From IMG/VR virus record IMGVR_UViG_3300025137_005412, positions 64,001 through 128,000 of that record: a stretch of 64,000 nucleotides of DNA. The stretch is one strand, 5' to 3'. The first letter of the stretch is position 1, and each line of letters starts with the position of its first letter. The DNA comes from a virus. Under the pieces are notes generated by a model. That model was not told the origin of the DNA. It did no database searches and saw only the letters and a list, made by a program, of their open reading frames with translations. The position numbers were made by a program, and so were the translations under genes. Below are positions 26,670-36,942 of this stretch, piece after piece.

Positions 26670-27858
26670 CACAGGTAATTTCCCTGGAAAATGGGAACTA
26701 AAGAAATGCGAAGTAGCAAGAAGTGGATCTGGTCTAGAGATCACATCGCTCGTTTCTGAATTCAATGTATATGCATCTATTATAGATCCAACAATTGTTG
26801 GTGAATTACTTATTATAGATGGACAAAATTTACTTTCAGGAATGCCAGTTCAAGGAGGTGATATTATAAAACTAACTGTTGAAATAACTGGTGAAATAAG
26901 AGAATACAAATTACAGATTGCGCAAATAAAAAATATAAGTGATCTTGAAACTCAAAGAATGTATGTATTTCAATGTGTTTCTATATTCTTCTTTGAAAGC
27001 TTTCATCAAAAGTTCTCTCAATCATTTAAAGGACCACTATCTGAAACAGCTTTAACTATATTTAAAAAATACACTGATGAAAAGTATGGAATATGGGAAG
27101 GTTCTAAGGGATCTGAAACAGTTATTATTCCTAATTGGAATCCTATTAAAGCATTAACTTGGTTGGCTGCAAGATCTGAATCATTAGAACAAGCTGTAAG
27201 ATTTAGATTCTTTCAAGATACTAAGGGTAAATTTAATTTTATGCCAATCGAAAAGGCACTTACTAATTATAAAGATAATCCACCATTTGAATTTGTATAT
27301 CGTGGAAATAAATCTGGTATTGGTTCAGCAACACAAACAGATGAAGATTTTCATGCTATCAAAAATTTAAACTTCAATCCATCATCTTATGATTTAGGAA
27401 AAGCTTTGAGAGAAGGTTATTTAAAAGCAAGATCTTATGGCATTAATATTACTAATAAGACACAAACAATAATTGACTATGATTACTTTGCAGAATTTGA
27501 TTCAAAAGATTATCTGAATGATTTTCCAAGTTATTATAAAAAAGATTTTAATGTTGGTAAAATTAAGATGGATTTAATTACATCTTCTGGTAAGCAAAAA
27601 AGTATTTCAGATTTAAGAAGAACTACTGTGACCGATTATAATCAGATGGTACAAATTACAATATTTGGTAATTCAGAAATTGATATTGGTCAAGTTGTAG
27701 ATCTTGATATTCCAAATCCAGATCCAGCCAACAAGTCAGATCAGGATAAATTATGGTCTGGTAAATATTATGTAATAGGAAAAAGAGATCTATATACTGG
27801 TGATAATTGTAATATGGTTCTTGATTGTGCAAAAGAAAGTATGGGTATGCAGTTATGA
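26662..27858 (+). CDS. Baseplate hub protein (gp27-like)
   Basis: Position between gp53 and gp5; IIPNW.P, F.FF, G...I..G..V.L.IP, SGKY.V motifs. Confidence 0.65.
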   Translation: MANTGNFPGKWELKKCEVARSGSGLEITSLVSEFNVYASIIDPTIVGELLIIDGQNLLSGMPVQGGDIIKLTVEITGEIREYKLQIAQIKNISDLETQRMYVFQCVSIFFFESFHQKFSQSFKGPLSETALTIFKKYTDEKYGIWEGSKGSETVIIPNWNPIKALTWLAARSESLEQAVRFRFFQDTKGKFNFMPIEKALTNYKDNPPFEFVYRGNKSGIGSATQTDEDFHAIKNLNFNPSSYDLGKALREGYLKARSYGINITNKTQTIIDYDYFAEFDSKDYLNDFPSYYKKDFNVGKIKMDLITSSGKQKSISDLRRTTVTDYNQMVQITIFGNSEIDIGQVVDLDIPNPDPANKSDQDKLWSGKYYVIGKRDLYTGDNCNMVLDCAKESMGMQL

Positions 27859-29162
27859 TGTTAGATGGAAGAATGTATTGGTTTTCTGGTGTTGTTGAGG
27901 ATAGAAATGATCCAGAAAGAATGGGTAGAGTTAAAGTAAGAATTCACGGTGTTCATACTGATAATAAAGATTTAATACCTACAGAAGATTTACCTTGGTC
28001 ACAAGTAATGATGCCTATAACATCTGCATCACTCGCGGGTGTAGGTACGTCTGCGACTGGAATTGTACCAGGTTCATGGGTAGTAGGTTATTTTATTGAT
28101 GGAGCTGATATGCAAGAGAGTATTATTATGGGTACTCTACCATCAAAACCATATATAAAAAATCCTGAGATTGGATTCTTTGATCCTAAAGGACAACATC
28201 CAACAAGATCAGATGGTGTAGATACACCTGACTCAGCTTTAACAAGTAAGTTTAGTGAGCATCCATCATATGTCGAGAAGGTAGATAAAAGACAAACAAA
28301 AGTAGAGACTGCTACTCCACCATGGCTTCGAACCGTAACTATAGATGAAGAAGATGATCCTAAGTTTACAAGACCTACATGGGATATGCCAGAAATACAA
28401 AGAGGTTTTGAACCATCTTATCCATTTAATAAAGTCACTGAAACAGAAAGAGGTCATGTATTTGAAGTAGATGATACTCAAGGAAATGAAAGAATTTCAA
28501 TGTATCATAGAGGTGGTACTAACTTTGAAATTCAGGATAATAGTGATATGACTTCAACTATTGTTGGTGATAATTATACAGTAGTGTTTGGTAATGATAA
28601 GATATATGTAAAAGGTAATGTAGATATTACAATCGATGGAGATGTAAGAGAACTCATTAAAGGTAATTACCATTTAGAAGTTGAGAAAGATTATACTGTA
28701 AATGTAAAAGGATCACGTGAAACAGCAATTGGTGGTAATGAATTATTAGAAGTTGGTCGAGCTTATTCATCAAATATAAATCTCGATTATACAACAAGAA
28801 TTGGTGGTCATGAAATAAGAGTTGTAGATAAATCAAGAAATACAACTATTGGTGATTCAGAAGATTTAACAGTCACAACTAATATGAATGAGATTGTTTC
28901 TGGTAAGAGAGATATGTTTACAAAGGATGAACATACACAAGTGATTACAGACAAATTAAATATATCAGCACTAGGTGATATTACTGTAGGTACTAAAGCG
29001 AATCATGTAGAAACTATTAAGGGTACTAGAACAGAAGTTATTGATGGTGCTGTAGGTGAAACCTATAAAGATGGACAAACAACAAATGTCACTGGCACAA
29101 TAGATATAGATGCTACTGAAGATGTTGATATGGATACTGGAGGCAATATACTGTTAAACTAA
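27855..29162 (+). CDS. gp5: Baseplate central spike gp5 (no lysozyme domain)
   Basis: WF.GVVEDR.DP..MGRV.VR..G.H OB fold, YP.N.V.ETE.GH..E.DDT, V.G beta-helix repeats. Confidence 0.93.
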   Translation: MMLDGRMYWFSGVVEDRNDPERMGRVKVRIHGVHTDNKDLIPTEDLPWSQVMMPITSASLAGVGTSATGIVPGSWVVGYFIDGADMQESIIMGTLPSKPYIKNPEIGFFDPKGQHPTRSDGVDTPDSALTSKFSEHPSYVEKVDKRQTKVETATPPWLRTVTIDEEDDPKFTRPTWDMPEIQRGFEPSYPFNKVTETERGHVFEVDDTQGNERISMYHRGGTNFEIQDNSDMTSTIVGDNYTVVFGNDKIYVKGNVDITIDGDVRELIKGNYHLEVEKDYTVNVKGSRETAIGGNELLEVGRAYSSNINLDYTTRIGGHEIRVVDKSRNTTIGDSEDLTVTTNMNEIVSGKRDMFTKDEHTQVITDKLNISALGDITVGTKANHVETIKGTRTEVIDGAVGETYKDGQTTNVTGTIDIDATEDVDMDTGGNILLN

Positions 29163-29596
29163 TGAATGAACTTTTAAACTCAGAAATACTAAACATTTGG
29201 AATTTGCTCGGACCATGGGCTGCTATCATAGGTTCTATAATAGTTGGTATGTGGATAAAGGATTGGTCTACAGGATTTGCAAAAGGTGCTAGATTCAGAA
29301 TGAGTAAATCATTTAATGAAGGTGATAAGGTATTATTAGAAGGAAAGCCTGCACTTATTATAAAGATTGGATTTACTGAAACAGTATTTGGAATCTATAA
29401 TGAAGATGGTTATACATGGAGATATGTGCAGAATGAAAGAATACCATTTCTTAAATTAGAAAAAATTGTAGATAAAGATCTACATCAAGATACAGATGCA
29501 GAAAAAGCACAGAAGATAATTGACACAATACAAAATGTAGAGATCGCTAAGAATGCGAAAGAGATTGAGGCTATGAAGAATGGCAAAAAAAAATAA
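29162..29596 (+). CDS. Small membrane protein with MscS-like beta domain
   Basis: One TM helix then F.EGD.V.L.G....I.KIG...T. Confidence 0.5.
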   Translation: MNELLNSEILNIWNLLGPWAAIIGSIIVGMWIKDWSTGFAKGARFRMSKSFNEGDKVLLEGKPALIIKIGFTETVFGIYNEDGYTWRYVQNERIPFLKLEKIVDKDLHQDTDAEKAQKIIDTIQNVEIAKNAKEIEAMKNGKKK

Positions 29597-30137
29597 ATTC
29601 CTCTCAAAATTAACAATGGCTTATATTAATATGCCTGAACCACATGCGGTTTCTAAAGAAGCTGTTGAATATGTTGTATCAGAAATAGAAACAAGAAATA
29701 AGTTTTGGGATGCTTCAGTCGCTGCACATGATGAAGATCCTTCATTTGCTGTAAGAGAATATTGTAAAGAGAATGGTTTGGATTTTCCTAAAGAAGTTTA
29801 TACCCTAGAAGATGAAGCAGTAGAAACTATTAAGTTCTTTAAAAGAAAGTTTGCACAAGATAGACCTTATGAAGCAGCAAGAAAATTAGGTATGCCAGAA
29901 CTAGATAGATTACCTAGCAAAACAAATAAAACAAGATCATATCCAAGTGGTCATTCAACACAGGGTTATCTGGCTGGATTATATGTAGCTCAAGAAAATC
30001 CTGAACATGCTGATAAAATAATGGCTGCAAGTTTAGAATGTGGAATTGGTAGAATAAAAGCTGGATTCCATTATTTAAATGATCATCATGGTGGTATTCA
30101 TTTAGCTCAAGAAATATTTAGATTGATACAGAAATGA
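29580..30137 (+). CDS. PAP2-family (acid/lipid) phosphatase
   Basis: K..F...RP, SYPSGH, R..AG.HY..D motifs. Confidence 0.85.
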   Translation: MAKKNKFLSKLTMAYINMPEPHAVSKEAVEYVVSEIETRNKFWDASVAAHDEDPSFAVREYCKENGLDFPKEVYTLEDEAVETIKFFKRKFAQDRPYEAARKLGMPELDRLPSKTNKTRSYPSGHSTQGYLAGLYVAQENPEHADKIMAASLECGIGRIKAGFHYLNDHHGGIHLAQEIFRLIQK

Positions 30138-30739
30138 AAAGTTTTGCACAAATATTACAAGAAGAAGCTGGTAAAGGTTTAACTGTATTTGATATTGATG
30201 ATACATTATTTAGAACTTCTGCTAAAGTAAAAGTTAAAAATAAAAAAACAGGAGATGTAAAAGAACTTCCACCACATAAGTTTAATAAGTATAAGTTGAA
30301 GAAAGATGAAGAGTGGGATTTTGGTGAGTTTAAATCTGCAAAGATATTTCAGCAGACAGCTATGCCAATTGGTAGAATGGTAAAGAAAGCAAAAGCTATA
30401 ATTAGAAATGCTACAAGAAGAGGTTCTAAAGTAATTATAATTACAGCTCGATCTGATATGGATGATAGAGACTTATTTTTAGATACTTTCCGCGCGCACG
30501 GAATTGATATTGATAAGGTACATGTTGAGAGAGCTGGAAATCTTGGTGGTAGTGCAGCTGCAGCTAAGAAAAAAATATTTCAAAAGTATCTGAGTTCAGG
30601 TGACTTTGAGAGAGTGCGATTTTTTGATGATGATAAAACTAACTTGAAGAGCTTTTTGTCTCTTAAGAAAGAATATTCTGAAGTTGACTTTTCTGCCTTT
30701 CAAGTACAAAATAACGGCACAGTTAGGAGTGTTAAATAA
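30134..30739 (+). CDS. HAD-superfamily phosphatase-like protein
   Basis: VFDIDDTL, IITAR, K, FFDD...NL HAD motifs I-IV. Confidence 0.8.
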   Translation: MKSFAQILQEEAGKGLTVFDIDDTLFRTSAKVKVKNKKTGDVKELPPHKFNKYKLKKDEEWDFGEFKSAKIFQQTAMPIGRMVKKAKAIIRNATRRGSKVIIITARSDMDDRDLFLDTFRAHGIDIDKVHVERAGNLGGSAAAAKKKIFQKYLSSGDFERVRFFDDDKTNLKSFLSLKKEYSEVDFSAFQVQNNGTVRSVK

Positions 30740-31140
30740 TGTACGAATATAGATGTAAAATATTAAGAGTAATTGATGGCGATACTGCGGATGTAGATAT
30801 TGATTTAGGTTTTGGAGTGTGGATGCACAAAGAAAGAGTAAGATTCCATGGAATTGATACACCTGAATCTAGAACAAGAGACTTAGTAGAAAAGAAATAT
30901 GGTCTTGCTGCGAAAGCTTTTGTTCAAAAGTATTTACCTAAAGGATCAGCACAAACTCTTGTGACTCAAAAAGATGGTACTGGTAAATTCGGTAGAATCT
31001 TAGGTAAATTTAAACTAGATGATGGGACTATGCTTGGAGAACTTATGATTCAAGAAGGTCATGCTGTAGAGTATCATGGACAATCAAAAGAAGAGATTGC
31101 TGAGGCTCATATAAAAAATAGGGAGATAGTAAAGATATGA
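30739..31140 (+). CDS. Staphylococcal nuclease-like (thermonuclease) protein
   Basis: RVIDGDT, R..GIDTPE, GKFGRILG. Confidence 0.9.
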   Translation: MYEYRCKILRVIDGDTADVDIDLGFGVWMHKERVRFHGIDTPESRTRDLVEKKYGLAAKAFVQKYLPKGSAQTLVTQKDGTGKFGRILGKFKLDDGTMLGELMIQEGHAVEYHGQSKEEIAEAHIKNREIVKI

Positions 31141-31208
31141 CATTTCTAATTATGATAGGTGTGACTATTATCATGTTATGGGTTATTAGTTCAGCAGCAG
31201 GTCTATAA
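31137..31208 (+). CDS. Putative 23-aa hydrophobic peptide (not in ORF track)
   Basis: MTFLIMIGVTIIMLWVISSAAGL; ATGA overlap with the upstream stop and TAATG overlap with the PAAR start. Confidence 0.45.
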   Translation: MTFLIMIGVTIIMLWVISSAAGL

Positions 31209-31504
31209 TGCCAGGCGTAACTCGATTAGGTGATAAACATTCTGGACATGCAAGTCCAACACCAAATCCATTTCATCAAACCGCCTATGTTGGTGGTTCA
31301 GGTAATGTATTTGCTAATGCGAAAAATGTAATGAGAGCAAATCAAGATTCTACATCATGTGGAGATCCGGCTGTGGCTGGTTCTAGTAAGGTATTTGTAA
31401 ATACAAAACCAGTGCATAGAATTGGAGATGCAACTGGTGGTCATGGTAGTTGGGTACCAAACTCATCTGCTGAAGGTTCTGGAAACGTAATAGCAGGAGG
31501 ATAA
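31208..31504 (+). CDS. PAAR-like spike tip protein (gp5.4-like)
   Basis: TRLGD...GH, GS.NVF.N, CGD.A..GS.KVFVN..P.HRIGD...GHG, GS.NV..G. Confidence 0.9.
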   Translation: MPGVTRLGDKHSGHASPTPNPFHQTAYVGGSGNVFANAKNVMRANQDSTSCGDPAVAGSSKVFVNTKPVHRIGDATGGHGSWVPNSSAEGSGNVIAGG

Positions 31505-31505
31505 T

Positions 31506-32711
31506 ATGGTTTTAAAATGTGGTACTAATGAAGCTTTAAAAGGTCTTACAGATAAGACTAAAGAAGTGGCTGATACGTTAAAGAATGCCGTGAACCTTGA
31601 TGAGTTAGAAGCTTTCAAAGCAAAAGCTGAAGGTATAGCTGAAGATGTTAAAGGTAAATTAGTTTCTCAAATACCAAAACCTAAAAACTTACAAACTGAA
31701 CTAGCAGCTTTAGGTAAATTAGGAGATGCAGTAAGTGTAGGACTTGCTGTAGCTGCTATTGAAAAAGATTTTGGTAAAGGATTAGCTGCTGGTGTTTTAA
31801 CTGGTGCATTAAAAAATATTGTTCCACCACTTTTACAAGGAGCGGCTGGAGTTATACAAGGTGCTGAAGATGCATTATCAGGTGCGTTAGCAGGTGCTGG
31901 AAAATCATTTGATGTATGCAAAAATGTTCCTAATCTTGAAATAGATGATTCAGGTGAACCTGTAGAAAAAGCAAAAGTAGAAGCTAAAGCAGACGGCCCT
32001 GCTGAAACACCACCTAAAGTTGAACCAACAATAGTAGACTCTACAACAGAAGAATCTGTTGGTACAAGTAAATATACTAACAATGAATATGCTTCTGCTA
32101 ATGCAGATCTAATTCTTGCACAAATAGATTTAAAAAAGAAATTCAAGAATGACACAAAGAAAAGTAATCTTGGTTATAAGAAGACTTTGAATAAATTCAA
32201 GGGTTATTTAAAAAAGAATAAAAAGAAATTAGCTAAAGTGACTAAAATTAGAGAAGCTGGTAAAAAGCATGCAACAAATGCTGATTTGTTTATTGCAGGT
32301 GAATGGCCAGAAGAAGTATGTCCATTTAGTCTATATAAAGAAGGTTATAAATTACAAGCAAATATGCTTTATGCAACCGCTTTACATGGTGAAATTGGTG
32401 ATAATAATACCGCAATAGAAGGTGGACTAACTTATAAAGAGTATCACGGTTTTCATCCATTATTTGCATTCGATGACTGGACTGATAAGACAAAATACCC
32501 AAATCATTTTGTATATAAATGGTATCAAAATATTTATGATGAAAAGAAAAGAGATGAAAAAGGATATGGATTTGAATTAGCTGATAAGGCTATTGGTGAT
32601 TTTTATTCAGAGCAATTTGATGAATTCTTAGCATTTTATGACAGAGATGATATAAAAGGCTATATAGAAATAGTCACAGATTACAAGTATGCAGGTCGAA
32701 CAAAAGAATAA
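31506..32711 (+). CDS. Hypothetical protein (401 aa)
   Basis: Long ORF with AGGAGG RBS; Ala/Gly-rich helical N-half, D.C..VPN motif. Confidence 0.7.
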   Translation: MVLKCGTNEALKGLTDKTKEVADTLKNAVNLDELEAFKAKAEGIAEDVKGKLVSQIPKPKNLQTELAALGKLGDAVSVGLAVAAIEKDFGKGLAAGVLTGALKNIVPPLLQGAAGVIQGAEDALSGALAGAGKSFDVCKNVPNLEIDDSGEPVEKAKVEAKADGPAETPPKVEPTIVDSTTEESVGTSKYTNNEYASANADLILAQIDLKKKFKNDTKKSNLGYKKTLNKFKGYLKKNKKKLAKVTKIREAGKKHATNADLFIAGEWPEEVCPFSLYKEGYKLQANMLYATALHGEIGDNNTAIEGGLTYKEYHGFHPLFAFDDWTDKTKYPNHFVYKWYQNIYDEKKRDEKGYGFELADKAIGDFYSEQFDEFLAFYDRDDIKGYIEIVTDYKYAGRTKE

Positions 32712-32731
32712 ATATATTGAGGTAAATTATT

Positions 32732-32917
32732 ATGTTTAATATGATAAAGAAATGGTTCACAGCAGAACCGGTTTTAGTATTGAAAGTTCAACCATTAAGT
32801 GAGTTGAAAAAGATGTCTAAAAAAGAGCTAGAAGATTATGGTCGTACATTTGGTTATGAAGTCGATAGGCGTTTAACTAAAGATAAAATCATAAAAGAAG
32901 TTAAAAAACTTAAATAA
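32732..32917 (+). CDS. Small protein with Rho-N/HeH-like helical motif
   Basis: L.KMSK.ELE.YGR..G.E.DRR.TK.K.I; RBS and AATAAATA upstream. Confidence 0.6.
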   Translation: MFNMIKKWFTAEPVLVLKVQPLSELKKMSKKELEDYGRTFGYEVDRRLTKDKIIKEVKKLK

Positions 32918-32928
32918 GGAGTAATATT

Positions 32929-33378
32929 ATGTTGACACTTTTGTCTACACTAATGGGATTCGGAACTTCATTTGTTCCTAAGATCTTGGATTTCATGCAG
33001 GATCGTAAGGATAAATCACACGAACTTTCTGTGATGGCTATGCAATTAGAAAGAGAAGAGAAACTCGCAAGTTATAAAGCTGATGCAATGATGCAAGCAG
33101 CTGAAGTACAAAGAGATTCTCAATTGCTAGTTCATGATACTGAAGTTGGTAAAGGTGCTTCACAATGGATTACGAATTTAAGATCTTCAGTAAGACCAGT
33201 AATTACATATTTGTTTTTTGCAATTTTCTTCTTCGTTGAAGGAGTTGCAGCTTATGTAGTATTGACTCAAGGTGGAGATATCCAAACTATTACAAATGCA
33301 TTATGGTCAGAAGAGACACGTTCTATTTTTGCCGCTATCGTAGCATTTTGGTTTGGTTCCAGAGCAATTAAAAAATAA
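32929..33378 (+). CDS. Holin (3TM / GTA-like family)
   Basis: W...LR.SVRP.ITY.F, TM helices, I..FWFGSR C-terminus; near the endolysin. Confidence 0.75.
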   Translation: MLTLLSTLMGFGTSFVPKILDFMQDRKDKSHELSVMAMQLEREEKLASYKADAMMQAAEVQRDSQLLVHDTEVGKGASQWITNLRSSVRPVITYLFFAIFFFVEGVAAYVVLTQGGDIQTITNALWSEETRSIFAAIVAFWFGSRAIKK

Positions 33379-33388
33379 GGAGTAAATT

Positions 33389-33595
33389 ATGAAAGATGCG
33401 AAAGCAGCAGAACTAAACATTCGCGATATTGCCGATTGTATAAAGATTATAGATATATGCGCAAAACGAGGAGCATTCGATGGCATGGAAATGGAATCTG
33501 TGGGCAAAGTCAGAAACAGACTTGAAGTCTTCACCGAAGCATACACACAAGCAAACCCAGAAAAAACAGATGAGCAACCCGACGAAGGTAAGTAA
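33389..33595 (+). CDS. Hypothetical protein
   Basis: GGAG RBS; IID....RGAF.G.E...VG..R.RL..F pattern. Confidence 0.7.
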   Translation: MKDAKAAELNIRDIADCIKIIDICAKRGAFDGMEMESVGKVRNRLEVFTEAYTQANPEKTDEQPDEGK

Positions 33596-34052
33596 TAACT
33601 GTATTAAGATGATCAAACACCATGAAGGTGTTAGGCAACAACCATATCAAGATCCAATTGGATTATGGACTGTTGGTGTAGGTCATTTGATTGGTGATGG
33701 TAAAAAACTTCCAAAGAAATGGAACAAGACATTTTCAATGGAAGAAGTAGATAACATTTTGAAAGAAGATCTTAATAGATTTGAAAAAGGTGTTAATACA
33801 TTAATCCCTATTACTAAGCTTACACAAAATCAATTTGATGCTTTAGTATCATTCTCTTTTAATGTTGGTCTTGGTAATCTACAAGCATCTACTCTTAGAG
33901 CGAAACTAAATAGAGGTGAATATGAAGGTGCAGCTAATGAATTTCCTAAATGGAGAAAAGCTGGTGGTAGAGTATTAGCTGGATTAGTTAGAAGAAGAGC
34001 TGATGAAAAGAATTTATTTATGGCTGATGTAATTCACTCTATTGGTTATTAA
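33570..34052 (+). CDS. Endolysin, GH24 phage lysozyme
   Basis: HEG....Y.D..G.WTVG.GH, QNQFDAL.SF.FN.G, W..AGG..L.GL.RRR..E; start reassigned to ATG 33570. Confidence 0.93.
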   Translation: MSNPTKVSNNCIKMIKHHEGVRQQPYQDPIGLWTVGVGHLIGDGKKLPKKWNKTFSMEEVDNILKEDLNRFEKGVNTLIPITKLTQNQFDALVSFSFNVGLGNLQASTLRAKLNRGEYEGAANEFPKWRKAGGRVLAGLVRRRADEKNLFMADVIHSIGY

Positions 34053-34354
34053 ACAGAGAAACTTTCACCACATCCACAAGACATAGAAGCATTAGGATTT
34101 TTAATTACAAGACTTGATCCTGCAAATTGTTCAACGTAATCTACTTCAGAACCAAAGATATGTAATTCAGCTATCTTATCTACAACTAATACATCTTCAA
34201 TTAATACACCATCATCTTCAGTATTAGTAAAATCCCAGATATATTCAAAACCAGCACAGCCACCACCTTTAATAGAAAGAAATGCATACTGTTTTTCTTG
34301 TGTAGTTAATTTTTCTTTAATATATTTTTTAGCTGATGGTGATATACTAAGCAA
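34049..34354 (-). CDS. iscA: A-type Fe-S carrier (IscA/HesB family)
   Basis: GGGCAGFEY, G.EVDY, NPNA..SCGCGESF; start reassigned to TTG 34354. Confidence 0.93.
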   Translation of the reverse strand: MLSISPSAKKYIKEKLTTQEKQYAFLSIKGGGCAGFEYIWDFTNTEDDGVLIEDVLVVDKIAELHIFGSEVDYVEQFAGSSLVIKNPNASMSCGCGESFSV

Positions 34355-34922
34355 AGGTTTTTCCTGTGAATTGAGCGGTACCACCAGTATTTTGTATTTC
34401 AAAAGTATTAAATGAAGATACGGTTGTACTACCAAGTGTGAAGTTAGCTGTTGTTAAATTTGTAAATGTAGACTTACCTGTAGAAGTAAGTGTAGAACCA
34501 GAGTTCATTGTTAAATTAGGTATAGTCACATTTGAGTTAAATGTAATTGTTCCAGAAGACTTAACATTAAGTGTTCCTTCAACATCTACACTTCCTCTTA
34601 GATATGTTTTTCCAATTTGATTTGTTGTACCGTAGTTTGTCCATATATCATCAGAATCAGTACCATAATATATTGCTGTACCATTAAAACTATCTGAATC
34701 TGAACCAAGATAAATTCCACCTTGTTTTATATCAATAGTAGCGCCAGTAAATACTGCACTTCCAACAACACCAATATTACCATTGAATATGGTATCACCC
34801 GTGACTTCTAAGCCAGGCAATGTTATATTAGAAGGATTTTCAAAACCTGTTAGATTACCATTTTCATCAAATGATAAGGAGCTTATTATATCCGCGTGCT
34901 TTCTTGTTTTACTCTTAGCCAT
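34347..34922 (-). CDS. Fibre-like virion protein
   Basis: Beta-rich Gly/Thr sequence; MAKSKTR N-terminus shared with neighbours. Confidence 0.6.
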   Translation of the reverse strand: MAKSKTRKHADIISSLSFDENGNLTGFENPSNITLPGLEVTGDTIFNGNIGVVGSAVFTGATIDIKQGGIYLGSDSDSFNGTAIYYGTDSDDIWTNYGTTNQIGKTYLRGSVDVEGTLNVKSSGTITFNSNVTIPNLTMNSGSTLTSTGKSTFTNLTTANFTLGSTTVSSFNTFEIQNTGGTAQFTGKTFA

Positions 34923-34929
34923 ATATTAT

Positions 34930-36072
34930 TTATCCATTCGGGTCAATAAACTTTACTGTTTGAACTGTAGAACCTCCTACATTTTGTACAGTAAGAATCA
35001 TTTTAGTTGGTATAGAAACGTTTGTAGAACCTATGTTAAATCCATCACTATCAACAGTCATTATATTATGACCACTGCCTGAATGGTTTGCTGTTAATGT
35101 ACCATCAGAATCTCGTATATCAGATACAGTTAATTGAGGTTTATTTACTATTGTTCCACTAGAGTTATGTATTGGATTAAACTTAAATGTACCAGTTCCA
35201 GTTAATGTAGTATTTTTCATATTTACAAACGATTTACCTAACTGATTTGATCCGAAAAAAGTATCTAATCTTTGTGAACCACCATTTGCACCCATACCAG
35301 AACTTCTTGAACCTGTATTACCTGAACTATTATATTCATAAATAAAACCATTATCTGCGTCAGAGTCAGAACCTAAATATCCCCATATAACATCAGACGC
35401 TTTAAATAAAGTTCGACCTTGTAAGTCTAATGTACCGAAACTTGTGAATACAGTATTCTCTGAATCGTATTGATTTCCTGCAGTTCTTGGATATCCAAAT
35501 TGCAGAGGTGTATTTTCACCTGATACCCTAGCAATATTGATTCTCTGAGTACCGTGTTTTCTACCAAATATAATTCCACTACGTTTAACAAATCTACTAA
35601 TACCTCTACTCACTAATCCCTGATTGTTTTGACTTCCACCTACTAATATAGAATCTGAATCTAATGGAAATTTTCTATGACGGTTTGTAAAGTCATCTAA
35701 CTTATCGCCATTTATATCTTCACCAAGAAAGAAGTTTCCTTTAAAAGTTGTAAGTGAATTATCTGAATCACTACCAATGATTGCATCTTGAAATGGTCTT
35801 GCATCTGGCAAATTAGTGGATGAGAATCTATTAAAGTTATCTGAGTCTGGTCTATTATTAAGTGGGAATAATAAATTTCTTGATGTTCTTGTAAAATGAG
35901 TACGTATACTATCTGCACCTACTTCAAGTCTACCGAATTTTATTGATGTATCATTACTATTACCAAATGAAATTGCATCAGAATCTTCTGATAAGATAAA
36001 CTTACCACCTGGACTATTAGGATTTACTAAAGTATTTGCTATAAGTCTTGTTTTTGATATTTTTTGTGACAT
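34930..36072 (-). CDS. Fibre-like virion protein, DSD-rich
   Basis: SKTR N-terminal motif; about 8 DS[D/E] motifs; C-terminal L.VQNVGG.TV motif. Confidence 0.6.
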   Translation of the reverse strand: MSQKISKTRLIANTLVNPNSPGGKFILSEDSDAISFGNSNDTSIKFGRLEVGADSIRTHFTRTSRNLLFPLNNRPDSDNFNRFSSTNLPDARPFQDAIIGSDSDNSLTTFKGNFFLGEDINGDKLDDFTNRHRKFPLDSDSILVGGSQNNQGLVSRGISRFVKRSGIIFGRKHGTQRINIARVSGENTPLQFGYPRTAGNQYDSENTVFTSFGTLDLQGRTLFKASDVIWGYLGSDSDADNGFIYEYNSSGNTGSRSSGMGANGGSQRLDTFFGSNQLGKSFVNMKNTTLTGTGTFKFNPIHNSSGTIVNKPQLTVSDIRDSDGTLTANHSGSGHNIMTVDSDGFNIGSTNVSIPTKMILTVQNVGGSTVQTVKFIDPNG

Positions 36073-36078
36073 AACATT

Positions 36079-36480
36079 TTAAAAATTAAAAATTCTAGGA
36101 ATATCTTTTGTATTATCGTTTATATCACTAGGTCCTTCAATTGCATTTCTTATTGCTCCTGAAGATGCACCACCACCTCTTACAAGACCATTGCCTGAAA
36201 TTTTTAATTGCACATTTCCTGCATTATTTACTATACCACCACCTGAACCAAAACCACCATTACCTATAATATTTCCATTACATATAACTTTTATATATGT
36301 TGCTTTAGTAAAATGTGGTAATGTTAATGCTGATATTCCAGGTAATGCTGTGAGGCTTACACCGTCTGGTACGTCAATAATTACTGATGTTGCTGAAGTT
36401 CTTTCAACTTCGTTAGGTTCTATTATGTGACCTACTTGATCTGTTGTGATTTTTTTATAGTATTGAGTGAGTACATGCAT
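36079..36480 (-). CDS. Glycine-rich adhesin-like protein (resembles T2-type gp38)
   Basis: I.V..G..., YIKV..NG.I.G.GG..GGG.I.N...L.I.GNG..RGGG pattern; start reassigned to ATG 36480. Confidence 0.5.
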   Translation of the reverse strand: MHVLTQYYKKITTDQVGHIIEPNEVERTSATSVIIDVPDGVSLTALPGISALTLPHFTKATYIKVICNGNIIGNGGFGSGGGIVNNAGNVQLKISGNGLVRGGGASSGAIRNAIEGPSDINDNTKDIPRIFNF

Positions 36481-36481
36481 C

Positions 36482-36922
36482 TTAGCCTGCCGATGCTTCA
36501 GTGAAGAACCATTTACTACCGTCAAATGTTCCTGAAGCCATCTTAGCAGAGTTGCTTAATGTTGTTCCTTTAGCTCCGGTTCCCCAATCAATTGTTAATG
36601 TACCATTTGAGACTATGGATAATTGTGAACCTGCAATCCAACCAGAAGTAGGAACTGTGACTGTACCGACACCAGTGTGAATTACTGTTGTGACAAAACT
36701 TCCAGCAGTGACATTATCATTCGCTGTTAAATTTTGTACACTTCCTAGAGATCCTGTCATTGCAATGCTATTAGCAGCTATATTACCTGAGCTTACATTT
36801 CCACTTACTGAAAGTGTGGTTGATGTAATACCTTGAGTTATGATATTTGTTATATTAGCATTCGCATCTTGTTGTATAAGATTTGGTAATTCTGCGAATC
36901 TTCTAGTTTTTGATTTTGCCAT
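36482..36922 (-). CDS. Short fibre/spike-like virion protein
   Basis: MAKSKTRRFA N-terminus; beta-rich; FDGSKWF C-terminal motif. Confidence 0.6.
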   Translation of the reverse strand: MAKSKTRRFAELPNLIQQDANANITNIITQGITSTTLSVSGNVSSGNIAANSIAMTGSLGSVQNLTANDNVTAGSFVTTVIHTGVGTVTVPTSGWIAGSQLSIVSNGTLTIDWGTGAKGTTLSNSAKMASGTFDGSKWFFTEASAG

Positions 36923-36942
36923 AATTTCTCCTACTATATTTA

